Assembly (NCBI RefSeq): GCF_009914755.1
Contig: NC_060948.1
Source: the human T2T-CHM13v2.0 reference genome, Homo sapiens
DNA: 64,000 nucleotides
Direction: 5' to 3' (one strand)
Both the position numbers and the translations under genes were made by a program. Below the pieces are notes generated by a model. The model made no database searches and had not been told where the DNA came from. It saw nothing but the letters and a program-made list of their open reading frames with translations. Every line of letters begins with the position of its first letter. Positions within the stretch are counted from its first letter, which is position 1. Of this stretch, positions 27,476 to 40,137 are shown piece after piece.

Positions 27476-28171
27476 AGAGAGGAAGGGAGACAGAAATTAC
27501 TTTTCTGAGTGTCATGAAACACATTTCCAATTTGAATAAAAATATAATGTATAAATGATTTTTATTTTCTTTAAATTGGCCAACTTGAAACAAAGATTTC
27601 TTTGTAGTCTTGTATATCCTATGTGCTAGAGACTGCGATATAGATATTTATCCCCATTCACTATTAAAGGCTGCTTTACCATCTGGGGTCTAAGAACAGA
27701 ATGGCTTAATATTGCTAGTTGTTAGTGCCCGTAACTTAAGAATTATAATGATGTGCATAGAAATTGTGTTTACCTGGGACTTCCATCTGTTCCTTTTGTT
27801 AATAAAAAGCATGTTACTTCCTTTAATACCAGAAGGCCAATGACATTAAGGTTTTATTAGATCTCATGTGCAAGTGACTACACCATGGTCTACATAAGAC
27901 AAGAATCTCAACACTCAAGAAAGATGCAATGTAAATGGGAAGATGTGGTAACATCCACTGCTCCAAGGAAGTTTCCATTGATTTTTGTGAGTAATAAGAT
28001 CAGTGTACAAAATGAAAGTGAAGTGAAGAAACTGAAGGCAAATTTGATTGTTATGCAAAATACGTGAAGAGAAAACAAGATTATCGATGTATTACCAGTG
28101 AACTGCACACTTAACAATGGCAAAGACAGTAAATCATATATCTATATTTCACCTCAATTTAAAAAATGAAT

Positions 28172-28478
28172 TAGCTGAGTGCAGTGATTCATGCCTGTAA
28201 TTATGGCATTTTGGGAGGCCGAGGCAGGTGGATCACTTGAGTTCAGGAGTTTGAGACCAGCCGCAGCAACATGGTGAAACCTCGCCTCTACTGAAAATAC
28301 AAAAATTAGCGGGGCGTGGTGGTATGTACTTGTAATCTCAGCTACTCAGAAGGCTGAGGAAGCAGAATCACTTGAGCCTGGGAGATGGCACAGGTTGCAG
28401 CGAGCAGAAATTGCACCACTCCACTGCAGCCTGGGCAACAGTGCAAGTCCCTGTCTCAAAAAATAAAACAAACAAATA
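28172..28478 (+). mobile_element. Alu (Jb/Sx-like)
   Basis: full dimer. Confidence 0.85.
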
Positions 28479-29160
28479 TTTTTAAAGAAAGGCCTTAGGG
28501 ACAGACATGGAAATGGAACCCACAGTGTGATGGATGGACCCCCCCAGCAACCCACACACACATGCACACTGTGCATGTCATTACAAATAGGGCAATTAGG
28601 TGCTGTTAGAAAGTTAAGGTGTTTTTAGAGTAGGAAGGTGGGACGATGAATTTTTCGGAGGAAGGGATTTTTGGGGAAATGGGTGAGTCAAAGGAAATTG
28701 CACTGATCCCATCTTGAGGAAGATTTGGGGGACTATGCATCAGTCCATGAAGAGGAAGTCATCTCCTGTGGAAGGAACATGAAACACAGCAGTCAGCAAC
28801 TAGCAGTATGTGATCAGCCAACACCTACTGGTTTAACAGTGGTTCTTGGCCAGGAAACTTAACACTCCCTTCCTCTCCTCCCCCAGGAGTATTTGCAAAT
28901 ATACAAAGGTTGTTTGTTTGTCAAAATGACTCAGGAGCCTAGTGCAATTATGAGAGAGGTGCCAGAAATGGTAAACATTCTGAAAGGCACTGGAGACATA
29001 CATAACACAGAGATTCAAAATGACAACGGGAAGGTGGTGAGAAGAATTGCCTAGCGTGGCTTTCAACTTTGTGCAAATTGAAGAAGTGTTTCCTTGTTTT
29101 TTGTTTTGTTTTTTTTTTGGTTTTGTTTTTTTTGATGGTTTGTTTCTTTGTTGTTTTAGA

Positions 29161-29386
29161 ACAATGATTCTCAATGATGGTGATTTTGTCCCCCAAGACA
29201 CACTGAGCAATGTCTGGAGACATTTTTTATTTAAACAACTGGGTAGGGCTGGGGAAATGATACTAACATCTAGTGGGTGGATGCCAGGGATGCTGTCCAA
29301 CACCCTGAAATGCACAGGATATCCCTCTGTGAAAAAGAATTTTGGAGCCACAAATATCAATTGTGCTAAGTGTGAGAAACCTTGCT
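29161..29386 (+). mobile_element. MER20 (hAT-Charlie)
   Basis: GATTTTGTCCCCC...GCAATGTCTGGAGACATTTTT...CCAGGGATGCTG...GAGAAACC. Confidence 0.8.
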
Positions 29387-29859
29387 ACAGGCCTTTCCAT
29401 ATGTATGTAGTTCAGGAAATTTGAAGTCCCTGGAATGGCATATTTCTGGACTCTCACACCATGCTCAGCACAGTGCCTTCCAGATATTAGGAGGATGTGC
29501 TCATCATGTGTTGATGTGGTGAACTGTAGAAAGATCAAGACTATTGAAGACAGCAAAACAATTCTCAGACAAAGTTAAGAAAATCTATTTTGCTTGATGC
29601 AGAAACTACAGACTTGATTGTTAAATTTCTCCTCTTCCTAATTTGACACCTTTTGGCAGGTTTATGAGCAGATTATGAATGTTTTACTCTGGTTCAGTCA
29701 TCTATGCTGTGTCTGAAAGAGATGTTGCAGCAATCCTGCAAACTGTGAAATAGCCAGCATATTTGTTCAACTTGCTCAATTTCTTTTTACTCTTCCTATC
29801 TGCTAAAGTTGTTTATTGTCATCTATGTCTATATCTATCCCTACATATGTGTTTGCATG

Positions 29860-30510
29860 CATACATAAATAATTTATTACAGCATATTGGCTCAAAAAAT
29901 ACAAATTTCATATGTCTTGGCTTCTGTGCATCAGTATTTGGAAAACAGTTGAATCCTCTGCATCATGTTTTTTTTAAATTTTTCATTTATTTATTTTTTT
30001 GCAAAATGCCAGCCAGGGCTCAGGTCTCATCTGAAGACTCCAGTGGGGAAGAACTCACTTTGAAGCTCACATCATTGTGGGTAGAATTTGGCTTCTCATG
30101 GGCTGCTAAACTGAGGGCTTTAGTTTCTCATTGACTGCTGGCCAAGGCCCAATATTAGTCCCTAAATATGTAGACTTTCTCAACATGAAAGTTTACCAGC
30201 ACCTATTATTATCACAGGGGCACCCCAGCATGTGTGGGGCAGGCCTTAGCCATCTCATGCAGTATTTGATACTCTTGTTTAAAGCCCTATGCATTCCACA
30301 TTGATTCTTTTTATGACAAAAATATTAAAATGAACAAAGACATCCTACAGTCATCATAATCACAAAATAGGTGTTTTTTTTTTCAAACATAAATCAACAA
30401 GGAAGAAGAATGGCTGGCAAGATGGAAGTCACAATCTTTATAAGCTAACCACAAAAGTGACATCCTTCAAATATTGAAGTATTGTATTGGTTAAAGGCAA
30501 GTTAATCCAG
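29860..30510 (-). mobile_element. MLT1-type MaLR LTR fragments
   Basis: GTCTCATCTGAAGACTC, GGCTGCTAAACTGAGGGC, GATGGAAGTCACAATCTTT. Confidence 0.5.
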
Positions 30511-30556
30511 TAGAGGATAGATAAATATACAAACGTACAAAATATATGGTACACAA

Positions 30557-31625
30557 GCCTGGTGCGGTGGCTTATGCCTGTAATCTCAGCACGCTTTGGG
30601 AGGTTGAGATGGACAGATCCCTTGAGATTGGGAGTTCAAGACTAGCCTGGACAACGTGGTGCAACGCTATCTCTATTAAAAACACAAAAATTAGCTTGGT
30701 GTGATGGGATGCACCTGTAATCCCAGCTACTTGGGAATCTGAAGCATGAGAATCATTTGAACTCAGGAGGTAGAGGTTGCAGTAAGCTGATACCATGCCA
30801 CTGCACTCCAGCTTGGGGGACAGAGTGAGACCACATTTAAAACAAAAAAAAGTATGTAATGTGTGGTACATAGTCTCTCTCTCTCTCTCTTTCACTCTTG
30901 CTCTCTCTTTTTCTCTACATGCATGTGAAAGTGTGTGTGCATTGTGTGTATTTTTAGAATACGTCTTTCTCTGTTTCCAAAGGTGGAGTGCAGTGGTAGC
31001 ACAATGACAGCTGGCTACAGCCTTGAACTCCTGGACTCAGGCAATCCTCTTGCCTCAGCCTGCTGAGTATCTAGGTCTATTGGTTTGCACCGTTGCACCC
31101 ATCTAATGTTTTAATATTTTTAGAGATGGGGTCTCTCAGTATTGTCCAGGCTCTTCTCAAACTCCTGGCCTCAAGTGATCCTCCTGCCTCAGCTTCCCAA
31201 AAGTGTTGGGATTACAGGCATGAGCAACTGTGCCAGGACTGTAGTCTATATTCTTTATATATATATAAAATGATCTTTTATGAATTACATGTATTATCTA
31301 CATATATAATATACACTATATATGTTCGATACACACACACACACACACACAATATAATGCTTTTTTTCTTTTTTTTCTGTTTTCTTTTTTTTTTTTTTTA
31401 AGAGAAGCTCTGGTTCTGTTGCCCAGGCTAGAGGGTAGTGGTGCAATCTCAGCTCACTGCACTGCAACCTTCACCTCCTGGGTTCAAATGACTCTCCTAC
31501 CTCAGCCTCTCGAGTAGCTGGGATTACACATACCTGCCACCAAGCTCAGCTAATTTTTTTTTTTTTTTTGGATTTTTTGAGTCTCCCAGGGTGCTTGGTT
31601 TACAGGCATGAGCCTCTGCACCTGA
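30557..31625. mobile_element. Alu cluster: Alu(+) 30557-30851, AluJ(-) 30947-31238, internally deleted Alu(-) 31361-31625
   Basis: Alu motifs on both strands; the third lacks most of its left arm. Confidence 0.8.
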
Positions 31626-32157
31626 GAATGCATATTTTCAAATAGGGTTTCCTGCAGCCACCTCAAAGACCGCGAGGATAGAATGGTCCGTCATCCCCCT
31701 CTATCAGTACACACACTTCATTTACAGCATCCATGCATGGTCTGTACCATAATTCCCAGATTTGTGTTGTTGTGGAAAAATAAAGATGAATTGCATTAAA
31801 AAAAATTGTATACCCTTGCCGTCTCCAGTATTATGTCTGCAAAGTTCACTTCATCAATTATTCTACTTTTATATATTAAAAATTTAATATTTTATTATCT
31901 TAAGGGCAGCACTGGATTAACAGAAGAATTCTGAAGACAGTAAGACAGTCACATACATATTATTGAGGGTACATACTATCAACATAACATCACTATTGAT
32001 GATGACCTTGCCCACGTGTTTGACGTAGTGTTTGCCAGGTGGCTCCACTGTGAAGTTACTCTATTGTCACTCTTTTCCAAACTGCAGGTAGAAAGTCACT
32101 ATGTCAGCCCACACTTAAGGAATGCAGATTAATGCACCCCTCCATGAGGGTGGACAA

Positions 32158-32574
32158 TGCTATTAGTGCATTCTTGCCTTGGTATAAAGAAATGCTTGAG
32201 ACTGGATAATTTATAAAGGAAAGAGGTTTAATTGGCTCTTAGTCCTGCAGGCTGTATGGGAAGCATGGCAGCATCTGCTTGGCTTTTTAGGAGGCCTCAG
32301 AAAACTTACAATCATGGTGGCAGGCGACTGGGAAGCTAGGTGTCTCACATGGCCAGCACGGGAGGAAGAGAGAGAGAGAGAGGAGGTGCCACATGCTTTT
32401 AAAAAACCAGAGCTAGTGAGAACTCACCCACTATACAGTACTAAGAGGGGAAGGTGCTAAACTCTACATGAGAACCCTGTATCCATGATCCAATCACCTC
32501 AGGCCTCACCTCAAACCCTGAGGATTACAATTCAGCATGATATTTGGGAAGGCACACAGATCCATGCCATATCA
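32158..32574 (-). mobile_element. MSTA/MSTB MaLR LTR inserted into an L1MC-like remnant (~31950-33030)
   Basis: GAGACTGGATAATTTATAAAGGAAAGAGGTTTAATTGGCTC...CCATATCA. Confidence 0.8.
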
Positions 32575-33236
32575 CAATATCTGAATAAATTATTTGGAAT
32601 GATTTATCTATTACCCCTCATAAATTATTTATATTATCAATCATTTGTGTATATCAATATTGAACTCATAAAGCATTTTTTATTCTTTGGGTTATAATAA
32701 AATAATGCTTTATTTACTCAACTGCTCAAAGGGCTACAACTGTGGGCGTTGGGAGTTCTTTTGGTTGGCTTTTCTGTTCCTCTGTCCTTTGATATATTCT
32801 TATCGTTACATTTTGTTTGTCTTTGCTTTTTGTCTGTTTTAGCACATTTTTACTTTCTGTAAGTACATGATGCTCCAGGCTCATCTTGGATATTTCCTGC
32901 ACAAGTCCTAGAATCATTGATTTCTGTATTAAATCCCTGGGTTCTTTTATTGGAGAATAGTATTAGAAATCAAAGTCAGAGCATTAGGTGTGCTTATTGG
33001 TACTTAGACTTTGTGGCTTTTAGATTCCACCAATTGTTTATAATTATCATTATCATTCCATTATCATCAAGTGCCAGGAAAAATACAGCATAATAATAGC
33101 ATGACTCTGTGGTTTTGTGCATTTCATGTAGGTTTTATTCCTATAATATTATTGGCAAGCACTAACCAATAGTTAAATTTTAATCACCTATTAGCCAGTC
33201 TTTAATAATGTATGACAGGGTGTTAGATAGATTGTT

Positions 33237-33585
33237 TGATATGATTTGGCTGTGTCCCCACCCAAAAGTCATCTTGAATTGTAGCTCCCATAATTCCCAC
33301 ACATCATGGGGGGACACTGTGGGAGGTAATTGAATCATGGTAGGTCTTTCCCATGTTGTTCTTGTGACAGTGAATAAGTCTCATGAGATCTGATGATTTT
33401 ATAAAGGGGAGTACCCTTGAACAAGCCCTCTTGTAAGAAGTCCCCTTTGTTCTTCCTTCATCTTCTGCCATGACTGTGAGGCCTCCCGAGCCATGTGGAA
33501 CTGTGAGTCCATCAAACCTCTTTCCTTTACAAATTACTCAGTCTTGAATATGTCTTTATTAGCAGCATGAGAACAGACTAATAGA
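33237..33585 (+). mobile_element. THE1 (B/C-like) MaLR LTR
   Basis: TGATATGATTTGGCTGTGTCCCCACCCAA...GAGAACAGACTAATA. Confidence 0.88.
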
Positions 33586-34049
33586 CTGATTTTATAGGTA
33601 CTGTATCTCCCCCAAATTATTGCAAATGATTCTGTGTCTTTTTTCCCAACAAAATGAACTAGATCTGGTTGAAGTGGATACTTGGCATTTTAGATTGATT
33701 ATTTTAAAAATCCACTGTAATTAGTCTGATTAAGGATAAAGTTCTAGCACTGTTCTGCCAATGTGTATTTATGTAGTTTCACTAAAGCCCAGTGGTGCAA
33801 GCAACGGAGAGAGTGATGAGTGGGCATTCTAATTGGCTCTCATGGCAATGAGCGCAAACTCATGTCAGGGGATGACAAAATGTATGGCTAAACCTAAGGA
33901 TGAGCTCCGAAATTTGAAGTTAATTCTCAGTGAGTCACTGGAATCAGCCCAGAGACAAGGTGTCTCAAAGCAAGAAAAAGTATTGCAGTGCAGAAGGTGA
34001 GAAAAGCTGCCTTGGGGAAATTTAGACTTATCCAAGAAGCTGGGCATAA

Positions 34050-34378
34050 TGGCTGTGCTCAGAATGCCTCTCCACACAAAGTTTGTACACTGAAATAGAA
34101 TTCCCCATATGATATTAAGAGGTAGGCCCTTTAGAAGGTGATAATTTATCTTATGAATGGGATTGGTGCCTGCACCAAAGAGGCTTTCAGTATCCCTTTG
34201 TCTCTTCTGCCATGTGAGTACACACAGCAGCCATCATCTTTGAAGGAGAGAACCCTCCCCATGTGCTCAATATGCTTGTGCCTTGATCTTGGACAACTAG
34301 GCTTCAATAAATTGCCGTGGTTTATAAATTACTCAGCCTAAGGCAAGCTGTAATAGGAGCCCAAATGGACTAAGAGAG
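34050..34378 (+). mobile_element. MLT1A0-like LTR
   Basis: TATGAATGGGATTGGTGCC...TTTATAAATTACTCAG...GGACTAAGA. Confidence 0.65.
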
Positions 34379-34684
34379 TGGCTTATTGGACATATGGAAA
34401 TATTTTCTCATTAACCAAGAATGGAAAGTCCACAGCAAGTTAAATACGTAAGGAAGCAGGTCGTCATTGACCTCAGCCAGATATATTTTTACTTTTATCT
34501 ACAGTCAGTGAGTCAATAAATGTAGGTGACCACAGATCTATCTGCTCAAATTTGATCCTGAAGATGGATGTATGGAGTTACATTAGGTGTGGGGAAAGAA
34601 GGGTCATACTGAAAACCAGCTCCTGATACAAGGTCAATTGGAAGCAGAGTTGGTGTGAAAGATTCTGGGGTATGTGGCATAAAT

Positions 34685-35157
34685 GGGTTTGCCAGATAAA
34701 AGTCTACAATGCCAAGTTACATTTTTTTTTTTCCTTTTAGACTGAGTCTCACTCTTCACCCAGGCTGTCATGCAATGGTGTAATCTGAGATCACTGAAAC
34801 TTCCACTTCCCAAGTTCAAGTGATCCTCCCACCCCAGCCTCAGCACAAGTAGCTGAGACTACAGGAGCACATTACAACACCTAGCTAATTTTTGTATTTT
34901 TGGTAGAGACAGGGTTTTGCCATGTTGGCTTGGCTGCTCTCAACCTCCTGACTTCAAGTGATCCACCTGCCTTGGCCTCCCAAAATGCTAGGATTACAGG
35001 GGTGAGCCATTGCGTCCAACCCCTAGTTGCATTTGAATTTGAGGTAAACAAAGAAAAAATATGGCATAATTGTATCTCAAATATTGCACGAAATATAATT
35101 TCACTAAAGTTTTGTTATTATGAGTCCTGTATTTTTAGCTGTTAAATCTGGCAAACT
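34685..35157. mobile_element. MER53 palindromic MITE interrupted by Alu(-) 34721-35022
   Basis: TIRs GTTTGCCAGATAAAA / AAATCTGGCAAAC; Alu TSD AGTTRCATTT. Confidence 0.75.
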
Positions 35158-35360
35158 TCGGCCCAGATGTCTGTGCTAACATCTGGTCCATCTATCACTT
35201 AGATAGATAATTGTGTGGTTATATGCTGTCTACTCATGTGGTTATAAGCTGACCACTCCACTACTCCCAGAGAGCTTCCTTACATAGGTTTCCTATGACA
35301 AAGCCCCTGTCTTAATACCGCTCATCTTCTCGAAGATGCATTTTAAAAAATACATTAAAT

Positions 35361-35509
35361 GTGGATTAATATTAATATATTAATTTAATTATATATTATA
35401 TATTAATTTAATTACATATTTTTAAATTAATTTAATTATATATTATATATTAATTTAATTATATTGATAATATCAATATATTAATATATTAATATTAATA
35501 TTAATCCAC
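35361..35509. repeat. AT-rich imperfect palindrome
   Basis: terminal inverted repeat GTGGATTAATATTAATA / TATTAATATTAATCCAC. Confidence 0.85.
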
Positions 35510-35627
35510 CTTACATATTACTTCCTGTGCAAGTAACATAAACCCAGTTAAATAAGCTTAATCAAAAGAAAACAGAAAAGGAAATTTGTTGGAGGACACA
35601 GAATATCTCAGAGGTTCCAAGGGCAGT

Positions 35628-36057
35628 TTATCAAAATGAATACTGTCCACTAAAAATTCATGTCTACATAGAACCTGGGAATGTGACCTTATTTGGAAAC
35701 AGGGGCTTTGCAGATGTGATTAAGGTAAGGATGAAGATGAGATCATACCAGATTAAGGTGGGTCTTCAACCTAATGAGAGTATCCTTACAAAAGACAGAA
35801 AAAGACACATGAAGACACATACAGAGGAGAAGGCAATGCGGAGATGGAGGCAGAGACTGGAATGATGCCGTCACAAGCCCAGAGGTGCCTGGGGCCACCA
35901 GGAGCTGGGACAGAGAAGAAGGATCGTCCTCTAGAGCCTCCAGAGGGAGAAGAGCCAGGCAGACACCTTGATTTCAGATATCTCGCTTGAGAACATCTTT
36001 GGTTTAAGCTGCCTAGTTTAAGGTAAAGTGTTACAGCAGGTCTAGGAAATGCATACA
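35628..36057 (+). mobile_element. MLT1C/D-like LTR
   Basis: GAATGTGACCTTATTTGGAAACAGGG...CTAGAGCCTCCAGAGGGA...TTACAGCAG. Confidence 0.75.
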
Positions 36058-36141
36058 GGTAAGAATGTGATGGGGCTGGGTGTGGTAGTGCACTTCTGTT
36101 ACTTTAGCACTTTAGGGGGGTTGAAAAGCTGGAGGTTCCTG

Positions 36142-37395
36142 TTAGAGGTGACGGTGTGCTGGCAGTCCTCACAGCCCTCGGTCGCTCTTGGCACCTCCTC
36201 TGCCTGGCTCCCACTTTGTTGGCACTTGAGGAGCCTTTCTGGGCTGGCCAAGGCCACAGCCCTCTCCCTTAGCTTGCAGGGATGTGTGGAGGGAGAGGTG
36301 GGAGCTGGAACAGGGGCTGTGCACCAGCTGAAGTTTCCGGTGGGCGTGGGCTTGGTGGGCCCAGCACTGGCAGTGGCCGGCTGGCCCTACCGGCCCGGGC
36401 AGTGAGGGACTTAGCACTCGGGCAAGCGGCTGTGGAGAGTGTACTGGGTTCCCCAGCAGTGCCAGCCCACCAGTGCTGTGCTCAATTTCTCACTGGGCCT
36501 TAGCTGCCTTCCCACGGGGCAGGGCTCAGGACCTGCAGCCCACCATGCCTGAGCCTCCCATCCCCTCCATGGGCTCCTGTGCAGCCCGAGCCTCCCCGAC
36601 TAGTGCCACCCCCTGCTCCAGGGCACCCAGTCCCACTGACCACCCAACAGCTGCGAAGTGCAGGCGCATGGCGCGGTACTGGCAGGCAGCTCCACCTGCA
36701 GCCCTGGTGCTGGATCAACTGGGTGAAGCCAGCTGGGCTCCTGAGTCTGGTGGGGCCTTGGAGAACCTTTATGTCTAGCTCAGGGATTGTAAGTACACCA
36801 ATCGGCACTCTATATCTAGCTCAAGGTTTGTAAACACACCAATCAGCACCCTGTGTCTAGCTCAGGGTTTGTGAGTGCACCAATCAACACTCTGTGTCTA
36901 ACTACTCTGGTGGGGCCTTGGAGAACCTTTATGTCGACACTCTGTATCTAGCTAATCTGGTGGGGAAGTGGAGAACCTTTGTGTCTAGCTCAGGGACTGC
37001 AAACGCACCAATCAGCACCCTGTCAAAGCAGACCACTGGGCTCTACCAATCGGCAGGATGTGGGTGGGGCCAGGTAAGAGGATAAAAGCAGGCTGCCTGA
37101 GCCAGCAGTGGCAACGCAGTTGGGTCCCCTTCCACACTGTGGAAGCTTTGTTCCTTTGCTCCTTGCAATAAATCTTGCTACTGCTCACTCTTTGGGTCCA
37201 CACTGCTTTTATGAGCTGTAACCCTCACTGCGAAGGTCTTTAGCTTCACTCCTGAAGCCAGCAAGAACACGAGCCCACCAGGAGGAATGAACAACTCTGG
37301 ACACGCCACCTTTAAGAACTGTGACACTCACTGTGAGGGTCCACGGCTTCATTCTTGAAGTCAGTGAGACCAAGAACCCACCAATTCCGGACACA
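36142..37395 (+). mobile_element. 5' LTR (LTR12C/D-type)
   Basis: TTAGAGGTGAC...CCGGACACA; ~41-bp CCAAT repeats at 36760-37050; AATAAA poly(A) signal at 37167-37172. Confidence 0.93.
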
Positions 37396-37398
37396 TTT

Positions 37399-37416
37399 TG
37401 GTGACCCAGATGGGAC
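37399..37416 (+). promoter_or_regulatory. Primer-binding site, tRNA-Arg (CCG-type)
   Basis: TGGTGACCCAGATGGGAC just 3' of the LTR; one C>T from the complement of the tRNA-Arg 3' end as I recall it. Confidence 0.8.
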
Positions 37417-38680
37417 TTTCGCCTATCGCCAAGCAGTGAGACAATCACCTATCGCCAAGCAGTGAGTACCATTGGACCCCTTTCGCTTGCTATTCTGTCC
37501 TATTTTTCCTTAGAATTTGGGGGCTAAATACCGGGCACCTGTCGGCCAGTTAAAAGCGACTAGCACGGCCGCCAGACTAAAGACACGGGTGTCAGGCTTT
37601 CTGGGAAAGGGCTCTCTAACAACCCCTGACTCTTCAGAGTTGGGACCGTTGGTTTGCCTAGAACCAGATTCCACTTTTCCTGTACTTCTGAGCTGAGCCA
37701 AGGGTCAAAAGAGAGGGAAGCCATGCAGCTCCAGGGTCCTGACAAGTTGGTTGACCCTTGGGTCATGAGAGGAACTCTCAAAGGCATGTGGCCTAAGTGA
37801 GACTTGCCCATCTATCCTATCTATCCTGACCCTTGCCCCCCGGGTCCTAATGCCTGCCAGATAAACTTACTCTCATCTCTCTTCTCTGAGGTTAGACCCA
37901 CTTCTAAAAATTCCTACCTGTCTCTGGTGTTTTCTAGTTTCTCCTATAAGAATGATTTCTAGTATAAACTCCAGGACTCTGTCCCTTCTTTAGGCACCCG
38001 GGCTAACCAATCAGAAAGACAGAATTTTTGCCCAAAGCCCCATCATAGTGGGGACTACTTGGAATTTTAGGATCCCTCCTCAGACTAACAGACCTAACAA
38101 AATCTGTTCCTGAAGCTAGGATATGAGGAGCCTCAGAAATTGTATCCTTCCTATTCATATGCGTGAGGACAAAAGGAAGCACTCCTCCGACTCTGGAGAT
38201 CCCTTCCCTCCCTCAGGGTATGGCCCTCCACTTCATTTTGGGGGCATAACTTCTTTATACCACAGGGGTAAAGTCCCAATACTAACAGGAGAATGTTTAG
38301 GACTCTAACAGGTTTTTGAGAATGTGTTGGTAAGGGCCACTAAATCTGATTTTTCTCGGTTGGTCCTCCTTGTGGTCTTGGAGGACAGGCAAGGGTGCAC
38401 ATTTTCAAGAATGCGTCAGTAAGGACCACTAAATCAGACCTTCCTCAGTCCTCCCTGTGGTCTGGGAGGAAAACTAGTGTTTCTGCTGCTGCGTCGGTGA
38501 GCACAACTATTCTGATCAGCAGGGTCCAGGGACCGTTGAGGGTTCTTGGGCAGGGGTTGTTTCTGCTGCTGCGTCAGTGAGTGCAACTGTTCTGATCAGC
38601 AGGGTCCAGGGACTGTTGCGTGTTCTTGGGCAGGGAGAGAAACAAAACAAACCAAAACCATGGGCGGTTTTGTCTTTCAG

Positions 38681-40137
38681 ATGGGAAACACTCAGGCATC
38701 AACAGGCTCACCTTGAAATGCATCCTAAGCCATTGGGACCAATTTGACCCACAAACCCTGAAAAAGAGGTGGCTCATTTATTTCTGCACTATGGCTTGGC
38801 CCCAATATTCTCTTTCTGATGGGGAAATATGGCCACCTGAGGGAAGTACAAATTACAATATTATCCTGCAGCTTGACCTTTTCTGTAAAAGGGAAGGCAA
38901 ATGGAGTGAAATACCTTATGTCCAAGCTTTCTTTTCATTGAGAGAGAATACACAACTATGCAAACCTTGCAATTTACATCCCACAGGAGGACCTCTCAGC
39001 TTACCCCCATATCATAGCCTCCCTATAGCTCCCCTTCCTATTAATGATACTCCTCCTCTAATCTCCCCTGCCCAGAAGGAAATAAGCAAAGAAATCTCTA
39101 AAGGTCCACAAACCCCCCTGGATAATTTGTTATGTCCCCTTCAAGCTGTAGGGGGAAGGGAATTTGGCCCAACCTGGGTACCTGTCCCCTTCTCCCTCTC
39201 TGACTTAAAACAGATCAAGGCAGACCTCGGGAAGTTTTCAGATGATCGTGATAGGTACATAGATGTCCTACAGGGTCTAGGGCAATCCTTTGACCTTGCT
39301 TAGAGAGTTGCGATACTACTGTTAGATCAAATCCTGGCCTTTAATGAAAAGAATGCGGCTTTAGCTGCAGCGCGAGAGTTGGGAGGTACCTGGTATCTTA
39401 GTCAAGTAAATGATAGAATGACAGCAGAAGAAAGGGACAGATTCCCTCCTGGTCAGCAAGCCATCCCCAGTATGGATCCCCACTGGGACCTTGACTCAGA
39501 TCATGGGGACTGGAGTCATAAACATCTGTTGACCTGTTTTAGAAGGACTAAGAAGAATTAGAAAAAAGCCCATGAATTATTCAATGATATCCACCATAAC
39601 TCAGGGAAAGGAAGAAAATCCTTCTGCCTTCCTTGAGCGGCTACGAGAGGCCTTAAGAAAATATACTCCCCTGTCACCCAAATCACTGGAGGGTCAATTG
39701 ATTCTAAAAGATAAGTTTATTACCCAATCAACTGCAGATATCAGGAGAAAGCTCCAAAAGCAAGCCCTGGGCCCTGAACAAAATCTAGAGACATTATTAA
39801 ACCTGGCAACCTTCGTGTTCTATAATAGGGACCAAGAGGAACAGGCCCAAAAGGAAAAGCAAGATCAGAGAAAGGCTGCAGCCTTAGTTATGGCCCTCAG
39901 ACAAACAAATATTGATGGTTCAGAGAGGACAGAAACAGAGCAGGCCAATCACCTGGAAGGGCTTCTTATCAGTGTGGTTTACTAGGACACTTAAAAAAAG
40001 ATTGTCCAATGAGAAACAAGCTGCCCCCTTGTCCATGTCCACTATGAAGAGGCAATCACTGGAAGGTGCACTGCCCCAGAGGACGAAGGTTCCCTGGGTC
40101 AGAAGCCCCCAACCAGATGATCCAACAACAGGACTGA
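38681..40137 (+). pseudogene. gag: ERV9 gag (frameshifted, with stops)
   Basis: ATG GGA AAC ACT (MGNT...) then -1 frameshift into [13 protein letters not shown]...WPPEGS; capsid MHR QGKEENPSAFLERL; decayed zinc knuckle YQCGLLGHLKKDCP; TGA at 40135. Confidence 0.9.

Noticed and set aside
36760-37050. Regularly spaced ~41-bp repeats (also 43930-44200 and 24685-24822) resembling a CRISPR array
   Set aside because: They are tandem LTR12 U3 CCAAT enhancer repeats with no unique spacers and no cas genes, in a human context.
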